A stretch of 64,000 nt of DNA from a bacterium (lineage in GTDB: Bacteria; Electryoneota; Electryoneia; Electryoneales; Electryoneaceae). Every line of letters begins with the position of its first letter. The stretch's first letter is position 1. The notes beneath the pieces were generated by a model. The model was not told the DNA's origin, did no database searches, and saw only the letters and a program-made list of their open reading frames with translations. Positions 49,353 through 59,458 of this stretch are shown in pieces. The stretch spans positions 1,408,001 through 1,472,000 of the forward strand of contig CAXXKJ010000002.1 in assembly GCA_963675295.2 (NCBI GenBank), written 5' to 3'. The translations under genes were made by a program, and so were the position numbers.

Positions 49353-49613
49353 CGTTCCTATTTGTTCACCCCCTTGTGCAGCTGTTTCTATCCCTGGCGG
49401 TGGGACACCAACTTACATCCATGCATGACCCTGAATGATCTCCAATCGCGGAGGCGAAATCCCAAAATCTAATTGCGCGGAATGTTTGGAAGGCCTAACT
49501 TCTGCCCACAACATACACCGTTGCAAAAGCCCAGTTTCGACTCACCCATACTGCAACGCTATCCAGGCCTCAACGGCGTAACTGTGATCCCCAACTGAAC
49601 TGCGGAGAGAGGT

Positions 49614-50507
49614 ATGCGTTTATTTACGCGGAACAACCTGGACGGCGTTGTCAGCGCAGCGTTGATCATGAAGAAAGAGGCGGTGGATGATGTGATGTTT
49701 GTGTCGCCTCGTGCGATGCAGGATGGCGAGATCGATGTGCAGCCCGGTGATGGCATTACCAACCTGCCGTATCACGCCAACGCCAGCCTTTATTTTGATC
49801 ACCATGAGTTGAGCGAAAGCGCGAGTAGGAACGGAGCTCGTGGGATTGTGCGCGAGGCGCCGAGTGCGACGCATCTCGTGTTCGAGCATTACGAGTTCGA
49901 GAAGGAAGGTGTGTTTGGCCGGTTGCACGACATGGTCCATTTCACCAATCGTCTCGACTCCGGGGTGCTGACGTACGAAGATGTGCTCAACCCAACAGGT
50001 TGGATGTTGCTTGGCTTCCTGCTCGATCCGCGTACCGGTCTGGAGTTGGACGAAGCCCTGTACAAGAGCCTGATTCACTGCATCCGTAACGGGATGAAGA
50101 TCAAGGATATTCTTGCGATGCCTGAGGTGCGCGAAGCCACGGCGCGCTATTTCGATCAGGAAGAAGAAAGCAAGATCGTGATCGCCAGCCACAGCAAGGT
50201 GTTCCGCAACGTGCTGGTGACAGATCTGTCCAACGTTGACGAACCGATTGTCGGCAACCGGTTCCTGTTGTACGCAATCTTCCCCCGTTGCAGCGCGAGC
50301 ATTCGAGTGGTCCGTCATGACACCAAGCCGGATACCGTCGTTTTTTCGGTTGGGAAGAGTGTGTTCAACCGGGCGTCGAAGGTACACATCGGTAAGTTGA
50401 TGGCGGAGTATGGAGGCGGTGGGTTGGAAGGCGCCGGCACCTGCCAGTTCCCGCGTACGGAAGCGGAAGAAAAGTTGGCGGAATTGGCAAACCGTCTCCT
50501 TGATTGA
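49614..50507 (+). CDS. DHH-family phosphoesterase-like protein, degenerate motifs
   Basis: MRLFTR..LDG, ITNLPY, FDHH, LDPRTGL, GNRF..Y, GKS.FNR, YGGG. Confidence 0.8.
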   Translation: MRLFTRNNLDGVVSAALIMKKEAVDDVMFVSPRAMQDGEIDVQPGDGITNLPYHANASLYFDHHELSESASRNGARGIVREAPSATHLVFEHYEFEKEGVFGRLHDMVHFTNRLDSGVLTYEDVLNPTGWMLLGFLLDPRTGLELDEALYKSLIHCIRNGMKIKDILAMPEVREATARYFDQEEESKIVIASHSKVFRNVLVTDLSNVDEPIVGNRFLLYAIFPRCSASIRVVRHDTKPDTVVFSVGKSVFNRASKVHIGKLMAEYGGGGLEGAGTCQFPRTEAEEKLAELANRLLD

Positions 50508-50521
50508 GCGACGCGTTCGAG

Positions 50522-50558
50522 AAAAAACAAGCCCGGATCCGAAAGGACCCGGGCTTTC
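50522..50558. terminator. Probable bidirectional terminator between convergent genes
   Basis: A run - aagcccgg.tcc-gaaa-gga.ccgggctt - T run. Confidence 0.7.
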
Positions 50559-50579
50559 TGATTTCGGAGTGACCCGAAA

Positions 50580-52022
50580 TTACTTGATCATGGTGATCTT
50601 CTGCATCGCGTTCAGCTGGCCCGGGACCTGGGCATTCACGAAGTAAATGCCGCTGGCGAGGTTGCTGCCGTCGAAGGTGAAGGTGTGCGTACCGGCGGAG
50701 AACTTGCTGTTTGCCAGTTCGGCAACCTTCTGGCCGAGCGTGTTGAAGACGGCGACGGTCAAGTCAGCCGATTCCGGCAGTACGACGCTGACGTTGGTCG
50801 CGGCGTTGAACGGATTCGGCCACGCATCCTGCAGCGCGTAGGTGTTCGGAACCGAAGCGGTGCCGTACATGAGGTCTTCAATCGTGAAGGTTGAGCCTTC
50901 CCATGAGTGGTAATCACCCGCAGCAACGCCGGTCTTCTCGAAGGTGAAGTCATCGTCGATGTACGGACCCTGCGTGCGGCCGACATATCCGGTGAAGGTG
51001 TAGGTACCAGACGGCGCGATGTCCGGGATTTCCTGCGTCAGCGCCTGGATGGTGACATCCATGAACGGCTGAATGGTGAACGGAATCTGGGTCAGCGGGC
51101 CGAAGACCTGGCCGTTCGGCAGCGTGACTTCCGTCCAGTAACGCACGTTGGCGAAGGTCTGTCCGGTGATGTTGATCAGGTGCGCGTCGTAATACACAAT
51201 GCCGCCGCTCGGCGGAATCGTGGTGACGGTACCGGTGAGGTCGAGGTCGACCGGGCCGGATGGCGCGGTGCCGAACAGCTCAAAGTCGTCAAAGCAAACG
51301 CCGTAGTATTCCACCACGGTGGTCGCCCAGTGACGGAAACCGATCATGACTTCTTCACCATCATACTGGCCGATCTGGAAGGTTTCCTGGCCCCAGTAAT
51401 CGTGGATGCCGTTGCGGTTGTTGAAGCCAACCTGATCCAGGAAGCCGTCGAAGCCCTGCATGTCCGGGTAGCCAGCATCCGGGTACAGCAGTTCCCACGT
51501 GGCGCCGCCGTCGATAGAAGCCCAAACGTTGTAGCCTTCCCAGTAGAAGTAATCGTACCAGTGCCAGTAGGTGAAGTAGGCTTCATCGTCCTGGATGTTG
51601 AACGGTTCGGAGGTCCACAGCCATTCGTCGCCACCGGTCGCGCCGTGCGGACGCGCGAGGCCGGTCGCCCAGGCGTTGGTGCCAGAGTAGGCCGAGCCCG
51701 GACCCGGGTGAGCGGTGTCGGAGGACGGAAGCGGTTGTCCCCATTCCCATTCGGCCGCTTCCGGCACGAACGGGTCGCCGCTGCCTTCAAAATCCCAGAA
51801 CTCTTCCAGGTCATCGACGCTGTTGCCCGGTACATACGGGGTCATCGGCATCGTTTGCGCAGCACGCCAATCCATATACTGCTGCAGGAGCTGCACTTGT
51901 TCGGGAGTTGGGTTCGCCGCGATGGCGGCTTCCTCAATCTGGTTCAACTGTGCTTCTGTCCACGCGAAACCAGTGGATGCGACAAGCAGGAGAAGTCCCG
52001 CCAGCAATACCAAGCGCTTCAT
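50580..52022 (-). CDS. Secreted protein with jelly-roll (immune-inhibitor-A/MAM-like) domain, Ig-like module and sorting CTD
   Basis: Signal peptide; WEWG.P...GP..AYSG...WAT; YWHWYD; SIDGGATW; WPNPFN CTD. Confidence 0.8.
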   Translation of the reverse strand: MKRLVLLAGLLLLVASTGFAWTEAQLNQIEEAAIAANPTPEQVQLLQQYMDWRAAQTMPMTPYVPGNSVDDLEEFWDFEGSGDPFVPEAAEWEWGQPLPSSDTAHPGPGSAYSGTNAWATGLARPHGATGGDEWLWTSEPFNIQDDEAYFTYWHWYDYFYWEGYNVWASIDGGATWELLYPDAGYPDMQGFDGFLDQVGFNNRNGIHDYWGQETFQIGQYDGEEVMIGFRHWATTVVEYYGVCFDDFELFGTAPSGPVDLDLTGTVTTIPPSGGIVYYDAHLINITGQTFANVRYWTEVTLPNGQVFGPLTQIPFTIQPFMDVTIQALTQEIPDIAPSGTYTFTGYVGRTQGPYIDDDFTFEKTGVAAGDYHSWEGSTFTIEDLMYGTASVPNTYALQDAWPNPFNAATNVSVVLPESADLTVAVFNTLGQKVAELANSKFSAGTHTFTFDGSNLASGIYFVNAQVPGQLNAMQKITMIK

Positions 52023-52568
52023 GATGTCTCCTTCAAAATAACGGAAGTCAAAACTGGACTCACGCCGGACTCGCAGTAACCCAGACGTAGCCCATCCATG
52101 CCCACAACAATCAGGGGGATGTTACGTGTAGAAAAATCACTATTTTGAGGTATGCCCCCCGCCTCAATCTTCACTTGACGGACTACAAGTATAACCCCTG
52201 ATCCAGGCGTTCGGTAGGGAAATTTCTGTTTTCGGCTAAATTCTCACCGGATCGCGAGCTGGCAAAGAGCCCGCAAGGCTCTGTTTGCATGTGCTAACAA
52301 GTCGTGACGGTCAGGTTTGGATGTGTATGATTCTCGGGATGAATCTCCGGTTTTTGGATCGCTGCAGGAACAGAAAATATCGATTTTCTAACGACTTACT
52401 CGACGAATCATGACACGGGTCTGCGGTTCCGGATCGTGTTGTGAGACGTGAGCACCGGCGAGTTAGCAACCTCGAACAGATTTACCGCGAAATGGAATCG
52501 GGACGTGTGGAAAATTGCCAGTTGCATGATCAACGTACCGCCCGTGCCCGGGGGTGGCCCGCGGGGGA

Positions 52569-52597
52569 TTGAAACGGGGCGGGCGGAGTGTTAGTTT
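52569..52597 (+). promoter_or_regulatory. Probable tRNA promoter
   Basis: TTGAAA-17 bp-TAGTTT with TG extension. Confidence 0.5.
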
Positions 52598-52614
52598 CCC
52601 TCTCGCAGATTCCC

Positions 52615-52700
52615 GGAGGATTAGCCTAATTGGTAAGGCAGCAGTCTTGAAAACTGCCGGGTGAAAGCCCTTGGGGGTTCGAGTCCCTCATCCTCCGCCA
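52615..52700 (+). tRNA. tRNA-Ser(TGA)
   Basis: Acceptor GGAGGAT/ATCCTCC-G-CCA, anticodon arm gcagt-cTTGAaa-actgc, long variable arm, GGTTCGAGTCC T-arm. Confidence 0.96.
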
Positions 52701-52792
52701 TACGCCCGTAACCCTTGCATTAACAGGGTTGTGGGCGTTACCTTTGGGGCGATCGTGACAAATTCGTGCCAAGCCCGAAAACGGAGCCTACA

Positions 52793-53881
52793 ATGACGCG
52801 CCCCAAGTATCCCAAGCCCTTCAAGCGTAAAGACACTGGAAAGTGGTGCATTTCGTACTTCGACCCAGAAAAGGGTAGACGTGTAAGAGAGACAGTTGGG
52901 ACAAAGGAGGAGGTTGCATTAAAAAGGGCTGGCCAGGTCTACAACGAGATGATGGCCATTTTCCTCGGCGAGCCTGATGCGGGAAGGGAAGACATATCTC
53001 TAGAAACTCTAGTCGATGAGTTTTTTCTAAGCAAGGAAGGTAGAACTGAAGCCATAACCATTAAGAGCTACCGGGCTAAAGCGATCTACCTGAAAAAGTT
53101 CATTGAAACCAAATTCCCGTCAATCAAGACCATCCGGCAAATAAAACCAGTTTACCTGGAAGAATTCCTCAAATCACGGCGGGAAGTAGGCAAGGCGCAT
53201 AGAACAGTCGAAGCTGACATGCAGGTCGTGAAAGCGGTATTCAATTTTGCTGTCGAACAAGGCTACTTGACGCAGAGTCCTGCCCGCCTGATCAAACCGT
53301 TCAAGAATCTGGATCAAGCCAAACATCCTCCATACTGGACAAAAGACGAAGTACAGAAAATCCTTGCGGAGATTAAGCCGGGATGGCGAGATGCTCATGA
53401 ATTCCTGTATCACACAGGACTTCGGAAAGCTGAGTTGATGTTCCTTACCTGGAGTGACGTGACCTTGGACGGTGAAGATTCGTACATCAGGATTCAAGCG
53501 AAAGAAGGGTGGCGTCCGAAGAACAACAAGGTAAGAGATGTTCCTCTTAACGATCGAGCCCAGGAAATTATCAAGCGACAGACGAAACTGAAATCGAACG
53601 ACTACGTGTTTCATGGACCACGTGGTGGAAAACAACTGCATCGTGACAAATTCTACCGCGAACTAAAACGAGCGCTAGAAGCTGTTGGTCTGGAAGGCGA
53701 TGTGCATCAGTGGCGTCACACGTTTGCATCACATTTGGTGGATGCAGGGGTAGGTATTGAAACTGTTTCGAAGCTCCTAGGTCATTCAACTTTAGAGATG
53801 ACTATGATTTATGTGTACTTAGCGAAAAATCGTCTTAAAAAAGCGGTAGATAAGCTTGATAGTCTTAATATTAAAGCATGA
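52793..53881 (+). CDS. Tyrosine recombinase / phage-type integrase
   Basis: HTGLRKAEL (R), PKN (K), HQWRHTFAS (HxxR), LGHS, IY; N-terminal arm-binding-like region. Confidence 0.95.
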   Translation: MTRPKYPKPFKRKDTGKWCISYFDPEKGRRVRETVGTKEEVALKRAGQVYNEMMAIFLGEPDAGREDISLETLVDEFFLSKEGRTEAITIKSYRAKAIYLKKFIETKFPSIKTIRQIKPVYLEEFLKSRREVGKAHRTVEADMQVVKAVFNFAVEQGYLTQSPARLIKPFKNLDQAKHPPYWTKDEVQKILAEIKPGWRDAHEFLYHTGLRKAELMFLTWSDVTLDGEDSYIRIQAKEGWRPKNNKVRDVPLNDRAQEIIKRQTKLKSNDYVFHGPRGGKQLHRDKFYRELKRALEAVGLEGDVHQWRHTFASHLVDAGVGIETVSKLLGHSTLEMTMIYVYLAKNRLKKAVDKLDSLNIKA

Positions 53882-53893
53882 TACTTAGTTTTA

Positions 53894-54529
53894 CTAAACA
53901 CCAGTCATTTTTTGTACATGATCTACTGTAAACAACGTTTTACCTTTATTAGCACCGAATTTTTCACCTTTAAGCGTGCCCGCATCCATTTTACGATAGA
54001 TTGTATCTTTAGATACTCCAAGAAGGAATGCCAGCTCACGTACAGATATATATGTTTTGGGAAACCCATTCTTATTAGTGGGCCAACGTGATGCAAGATC
54101 AAAGCTAAGCTTATTTCTAATGTCAATAAGATGTTCAAACTGGTGTTTATGAATTTTAACTGTAGAATCAGATAGGTAAGTAGTTACATCTTTATTTGTT
54201 TGAGTAACATCATCTTCTTCTATAAGGCTGTCTATATATCTAATTGCTTGCGAAACTTTTGCAGGATGATTAAGGATTCCTTCCAACTTAGCTATTAGAA
54301 TCTCCCTTTTATGAACCAAAAGGTCGGATTTGGTTCGCTTCATGAACGAAGGCAGATCTTTATCATGAAAAGTCAGTTCAGGTTCTTCTAAACGTATATA
54401 CCAAGTTAATTTGCCAAAAATCTTAGTAAATTCCGACCCAATCTCTAAATAACTGTCAGGAATCTCAACGTGTCCGTCCATGACCAACGCAATGCGTTTT
54501 CGAATTTCATTCTCCTGGTTGCTGGGCAT
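53894..54529 (-). CDS. Protein with C-terminal excisionase-like HTH
   Basis: YISVRELAFLLGVSKDTIYRKMDAGTLKGEKFG; alternative start 54595. Confidence 0.75.
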   Translation of the reverse strand: MPSNQENEIRKRIALVMDGHVEIPDSYLEIGSEFTKIFGKLTWYIRLEEPELTFHDKDLPSFMKRTKSDLLVHKREILIAKLEGILNHPAKVSQAIRYIDSLIEEDDVTQTNKDVTTYLSDSTVKIHKHQFEHLIDIRNKLSFDLASRWPTNKNGFPKTYISVRELAFLLGVSKDTIYRKMDAGTLKGEKFGANKGKTLFTVDHVQKMTGV

Positions 54530-54698
54530 GTCAGACTCTCCATCATTAAGGGTGGTTCTCTTGCAGTTCAAAAAATTATAGCTCCGGTATGTCATATCTG
54601 CAAGTCCTGGAAAGCCAGGGGCTCACACCCGCCAGCAGCAAAAAGGAGGCTACCCCAAGGGGCAACCTCCTGCAATAGGTGCGTAGTCAGCAATGAGA

Positions 54699-55034
54699 CT
54701 AGGCAGCAACCATATCGCCTTCCGAGTTGTCCTTATTTCCGTTCACAAGTTTCAAGTACGATTGCAGATCGAACTCCTGATACTTGGAGCTGAGATCTTC
54801 AATCTTTTTCTCATCGATCAGTTGTTTGATCTCTTCCACCTTGTCAGGGTGCCAAAGCAATCGAGGGGAACTGTCCCCACGAACCTGAATCTTGCTGGGA
54901 CTGATTTTGCCCTCTCGAACTGCTGTTTCAAGGGTTTTCGGGTCAACTTTGCAGATTCCTGCCACATCGCTCGTAGCATAGAATCCGCTGTTGTAGGTAG
55001 TAAAATCGTTCGGGTTACCTTTTGACTTCGGCAT
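54699..55034 (-). CDS. Small MerR/Xis-like HTH DNA-binding protein
   Basis: YATSDVAGICKVDPKTLETAVREGKI; AAGGAG RBS. Confidence 0.7.
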   Translation of the reverse strand: MPKSKGNPNDFTTYNSGFYATSDVAGICKVDPKTLETAVREGKISPSKIQVRGDSSPRLLWHPDKVEEIKQLIDEKKIEDLSSKYQEFDLQSYLKLVNGNKDNSEGDMVAA

Positions 55035-55595
55035 CGTAAATCTCCTTATCAACTAGAAATGAATGAACTACCGTTTTACTGATACTTCTGGAACTTCACA
55101 TCGCAGCTTGAATAGCTTCTTGCGGTGGTCCACGATCTCTCTGTCGTCCTTGAGGCGCAAGAATAGCGTCCATCAATACTTTAATCATCATCCATCTTTC
55201 CTTGTTTGCGTGTCGCCTTAGTTGTGTTTTGCCACGCCAGTTACATCAACAGAGTACCACTTTGTATTCGTAAAATCAACAGAAAAATCTAGATAAATAT
55301 TTGATTATTAAGAATTTAGCATAATCAACGCAGAATGTCGCATTCTGTCTCAAGTCGTCGCAGCTTGGAGAGTTCAGATGGTCTCCCATGGTGGTGTTGG
55401 GACGCTAAAATGCTTACCGGGCTAGTCTTCTCCTGGCGCGAATCACGAGCTAGGCAGGTGCGACTAGAACGGCTGCCCCGCGTTCGAAGGGTGCTGAATG
55501 GCTGGGTGTCAAAAACGTGGATTTCGGCCAAATCCCATTTTCGACGGTGGGCGGCTCCGCCGCGATTTTGCGATTTGGGCAAAAAAGCTAGCGCG

Positions 55596-55920
55596 ATCAG
55601 GTGATCACGATGTGGGGGTTGAAATGCGGCATAAAAACTTGCATAAACCTAGAAGGGGTATCACCCAACTGGGGCGCTGCATCGTGGTGGAAGGGAACCT
55701 GGGCTGGTAGTCTGCCAGGCTAACGTGTCACCAGGGGGGCATCCGGCTAAAACGGGGGTTTCGACGAAAATCCACTCAGGGTGTTGGGCGACAGATTAAT
55801 TCTGGCAAATTTGAAGCAAATATCAGGTGGTACCTTGGCAGGGGTTGAAATGCGTCCTGAAAACCTTTAAAACATATGTAGGGGTAACCTGTTCATTGCT
55901 GCATCAGTGATGGAATGGGT
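55596..55920. repeat. Degenerate direct repeat, two units of at least 100 bp, 226 bp apart
   Basis: atcaggtg...ggggttgaaatgcg...aaaac...aggggta...gctgcatc at 55596 and 55822. Confidence 0.75.
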
Positions 55921-56041
55921 TCAGAAAAGGGTTTTGGGAAGTTTAAAATCATGGAAATTAGACTAAATACTATATAGTAATACTGAAAACAATTTTGATT
56001 TATTTTTTTTTCTTCGAAAACCCACATTCGTGATATAGTAC

Positions 56042-56070
56042 TTGACAAACCATTCAATTATTCTTATAAT
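56042..56070 (+). promoter_or_regulatory. Perfect consensus sigma70 promoter for replication module
   Basis: TTGACA-17 bp-TATAAT preceded by AT-rich tract. Confidence 0.9.
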
Positions 56071-56212
56071 TAAAGTATGATATTGCCGTATTCCTGCCCA
56101 TAGGTACTACGACATCCCTTTAGGCTTATGACAATGCCGCCCACGGGCGGTTATTGTTGGAAGCAAATGCACCAAAAGGTATCACAAAATCAATCGAAAG
56201 GAAAACCAAAGG

Positions 56213-56410
56213 ATGGGCTTACATACAAGTACAATTGAAAAATTGGAAGACAACATACTTTGCGATCGTGTATTGGAAGCGATAAATCGAAATTATTCGC
56301 AACGATTTATACAACGTAGATACGATATCACACGAAGACAGCTACAGCGAATCATACAGCTAGACAGCGACAAAAGTAAAACAAATATAGGTAAAAAAAT
56401 GAATAATTAA
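56213..56410 (+). CDS. Small putative HTH protein
   Basis: AAGGA RBS-like; YSQRFIQRRYDITRRQLQRII resembles an HTH. Confidence 0.55.
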   Translation: MGLHTSTIEKLEDNILCDRVLEAINRNYSQRFIQRRYDITRRQLQRIIQLDSDKSKTNIGKKMNN

Positions 56411-56428
56411 AGAAAGGATACTTATTAA

Positions 56429-58561
56429 ATGAAAATAAGCCTAAATAATGAAGTAATATCATCAAAAAAAGAAGGATATTATATCACAAAATTTGAAATT
56501 GTTGATGTAGATTTAAATGATAAGGAAAAACTAGCGTATATCTGTCGTAACAATGTTCATTCCATGAACGCATGGAAACCAGGTACTGGATGCAAGACAG
56601 ACAATTATATAGGCATGTTCGGTTTGGCACTGGATTCCGACGATGGTCTAGTCACCATAGAACAAGCACAAGAACAGTTCAAGGACTTCAATCATATCAT
56701 CTACACGTCTACCAACCACATGGAAGACAAGCCTGATCATGGCGGTGTACAACCACGATTCAGGGTCATTCTACCGTTTTCGCCATCCGAAGACTACTAC
56801 TTCACCGATCCAACCGATGCAGAACGAATCTATGACTGGGCGAAGGATAAGTTCCAGGGATACGATCCAGCTGTTTTTGAACTTGGCAGGAAGTTGTTTC
56901 CGAACACAAATCCTGATCGGGACAAGTTTGTACTGAAGGTCAATACAGACGCTGGCTGGTATGCTGTTCCTATGGACAGCGTGAACTGGTTCCATCAGGT
57001 AAAACAGATGAATTCGTGTGGAACAGGTACATCAGATAAACATGGTGGATCCCGTGAAAAAGCCGACACGAAGTACCTGGGCCACGATATGCAAATCGTC
57101 TTGCCTGACAAGCGTACCAGCTATAGGCTAGACGCATTGCGGCCTTTCCTGAAAGCCTGCAAGGATCAGAAGCAACCCTGTTACTGCCCGTTTTGTGATG
57201 ATTTGAATTCGGAAAGTCCATCCGCTTTCGTGCAGTTGACCAAGCAGGGCTTTGTCGAAATGCACTGTTCGCACTGCAAGTCAGTGGGCGAACAGCACTA
57301 TTTCTACGAAGATCCCGTGGAACCCAGCATGTTCATGCTGGAAGACAAAATGATGCGCGTGCAGGTGAAATCGAACAACGCATATGTCACCAGGATGAAC
57401 GAAGACTATATCCGCGAACGGCACCGCAAGCCGACCAAGGTCTATTTATCCAGGTGTCGCAATATTCCGTCTGCGCACTTCACGGTCGAACGTTTAGCCA
57501 GTGCGGCCCATGATCAGGTCGATTTTAACTTGGATATTGAAGAAGGCGTGCTGCGCATTCAGGTGCCATCGGCGGTGAAGACGAAGAAAAGGGAAAATGA
57601 CTATGTCGATGCCTGGCTGGAAGGTCTATTCGGTCAGCATAGCGACTTCATCAAGGACTGGCTTGCGCTGTACTGCTACACCAACTACCAGAAACTACCG
57701 GTCATCGTTCTGACCGGTCCCCGTGCTGCGGGGAAGACCACCTTTGCAGAAATCGTAGCGGAAATCTTCCCGGACCTGTCCATTGATTGGACGGGTGACC
57801 AGGCAACGTTCACCCCGGCATTCACGAAGAAGCTGTTGATGGTGGAAGAAAACTACATCAACAAAAAAAGCCAGTACACGGAACTGAAGAAGGTGACCGG
57901 TAGCGATTACCTGACGGTCAACGAAAAGTATACACCCCAATACCGGGTGCGGAATAACACCAACATCATCATGACGACGAACGAATCAAGGCCGATGTTC
58001 CTGAAGCATGATGAAAAACCGGATGACCCGAACCATAACAACTTTTTCATCTGGGAAGTGCCGGGCATCGCCAAGGTGAATCCACGCATCAAGAAGGAAA
58101 TCATGGACCGGTTGGGGCACTACATCCAGACGGAACTGCTTTCCAGGTATAAGAAGTGGGCAGCTGAAAAGGACCAGTCGGCAGCCCGATACGGCATCCC
58201 TTGTCCAATCACCGACCTGGCGAATGACCTGTACGACACGGCCCACACCAATATCGAAGCAGACGCTGAAATCCTGGCGGAAGCCCTTGTGAAGGGCGAA
58301 TTCGACAGTTACGGCTATCAGCACGGTGGCGGTAGCCACATCAAGAAAACAGCACTATGGAAACTGGCCGATGTTCTGGGTCTTCGAAAAGATCGACACC
58401 AACAGTATTTTCAGATCTTGCAAGATCAGGGTGTGCTATCCAGACGGGAAGATCGCACCAGCACGGGACGATTCGGCTACAAAATCCTTCGCAGCAAGGA
58501 CTACTATGGCGATCAGCTTGACTTGGATTGCGAAGCAATGACAAACTGTGACGCGTTCTGA
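56429..58561 (+). CDS. Primase-helicase replication protein (AEP-like primase, Zn finger, SF3/DUF5906-like helicase)
   Basis: ALDSD, YTSTNH, RFRVILP; CPFC...CSHC; GPRAAGKTT Walker A, LLMVEE Walker B, MTTN motif C. Confidence 0.88.
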   Translation: MKISLNNEVISSKKEGYYITKFEIVDVDLNDKEKLAYICRNNVHSMNAWKPGTGCKTDNYIGMFGLALDSDDGLVTIEQAQEQFKDFNHIIYTSTNHMEDKPDHGGVQPRFRVILPFSPSEDYYFTDPTDAERIYDWAKDKFQGYDPAVFELGRKLFPNTNPDRDKFVLKVNTDAGWYAVPMDSVNWFHQVKQMNSCGTGTSDKHGGSREKADTKYLGHDMQIVLPDKRTSYRLDALRPFLKACKDQKQPCYCPFCDDLNSESPSAFVQLTKQGFVEMHCSHCKSVGEQHYFYEDPVEPSMFMLEDKMMRVQVKSNNAYVTRMNEDYIRERHRKPTKVYLSRCRNIPSAHFTVERLASAAHDQVDFNLDIEEGVLRIQVPSAVKTKKRENDYVDAWLEGLFGQHSDFIKDWLALYCYTNYQKLPVIVLTGPRAAGKTTFAEIVAEIFPDLSIDWTGDQATFTPAFTKKLLMVEENYINKKSQYTELKKVTGSDYLTVNEKYTPQYRVRNNTNIIMTTNESRPMFLKHDEKPDDPNHNNFFIWEVPGIAKVNPRIKKEIMDRLGHYIQTELLSRYKKWAAEKDQSAARYGIPCPITDLANDLYDTAHTNIEADAEILAEALVKGEFDSYGYQHGGGSHIKKTALWKLADVLGLRKDRHQQYFQILQDQGVLSRREDRTSTGRFGYKILRSKDYYGDQLDLDCEAMTNCDAF

Positions 58562-58821
58562 CAAGAATTTTTCATGGGGATTGTCATAGCTAAAGCGTAG
58601 CTATAGAATGAGATAGACGGACAATGACAAAATGACAGTTGGATTAAGTACTTAAGTGTGGATTATAGTATTTCGCGAAAGATCACTCACAGCAAAAAGT
58701 GGTATAAAAGTTTGCTTCTTCCTTTTGTCATTTTGTCACAATCATCTAAACATGGATTATGAAAACAGATACGGATGACAAGCCGCTGAAGATTCCCCGT
58801 CATGGCTGTCATTTTTTGTCA
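58539..58821. repeat. TGACA/TGTCA iteron cluster, candidate replication origin
   Basis: 10 pentamers; 13-bp inverted repeat TGACAAAATGACA (58625) / TGTCATTTTGTCA (58726) around an AT-rich spacer. Confidence 0.75.
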
Positions 58822-58885
58822 CTGGTAAACACCACCCCATTTTCGAATACGGATCTGCTGACCACACTATCAAGAAGGAAAATCA

Positions 58886-59458
58886 ATGAACACCGAAAAC
58901 AAACAACTCCACCTGCCAGGCACCGAAATCGCGCTGCCGAATGAAATTGCTGGGCTGACGTATGTTGAAAAAGTCGATTATGCTAAAATGCATGGAATGT
59001 CTAGTGAAGCTACAGATGTTGGTTTCAAGTACAAGCTGGTAGATACCGCTAAGGCGGATATTTTTGTGTATGCCTACCCAGATGAAAAATCGAACCATGC
59101 TGCGAATGCTGTCGATCTGGTAAACCACTATTTCGACTGCGTGAACGAAGTCCTTCAGTCAGAAGGGAACTACCGATCATACGCCAGGCTTATAGGGCAG
59201 CAACTTCTACAGGTGCAAGATTACCCGTATCTCACAAGTTGGTTTGTATTGCAGGAAGATCCAGACGGCGATCCCCTTTATTCCCTTTTGGCACTGACGG
59301 CAGTGTGTGGGTACTACCTGAAAATCAGGTATTCCGTGCGGCTGACCGATCCAAATGCTACATCAATCCCAGCTGGCTTGGATGAAAGCACGATGAAATT
59401 CCTGACTGAACTAACTTCTTATCTTGGGAAATCCAATGGCAAGAGAGTGGAACTGTGA
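58886..59458 (+). CDS. Hypothetical protein
   Basis: 190-aa ORF with AAGGA RBS; no recognised family. Confidence 0.7.
   Translation: MNTENKQLHLPGTEIALPNEIAGLTYVEKVDYAKMHGMSSEATDVGFKYKLVDTAKADIFVYAYPDEKSNHAANAVDLVNHYFDCVNEVLQSEGNYRSYARLIGQQLLQVQDYPYLTSWFVLQEDPDGDPLYSLLALTAVCGYYLKIRYSVRLTDPNATSIPAGLDESTMKFLTELTSYLGKSNGKRVEL

Noticed and set aside
55050-55330. Small minus-strand ORF upstream of the HTH gene
   Set aside because: Only short frames interrupted by stops; may be a remnant but cannot be supported.
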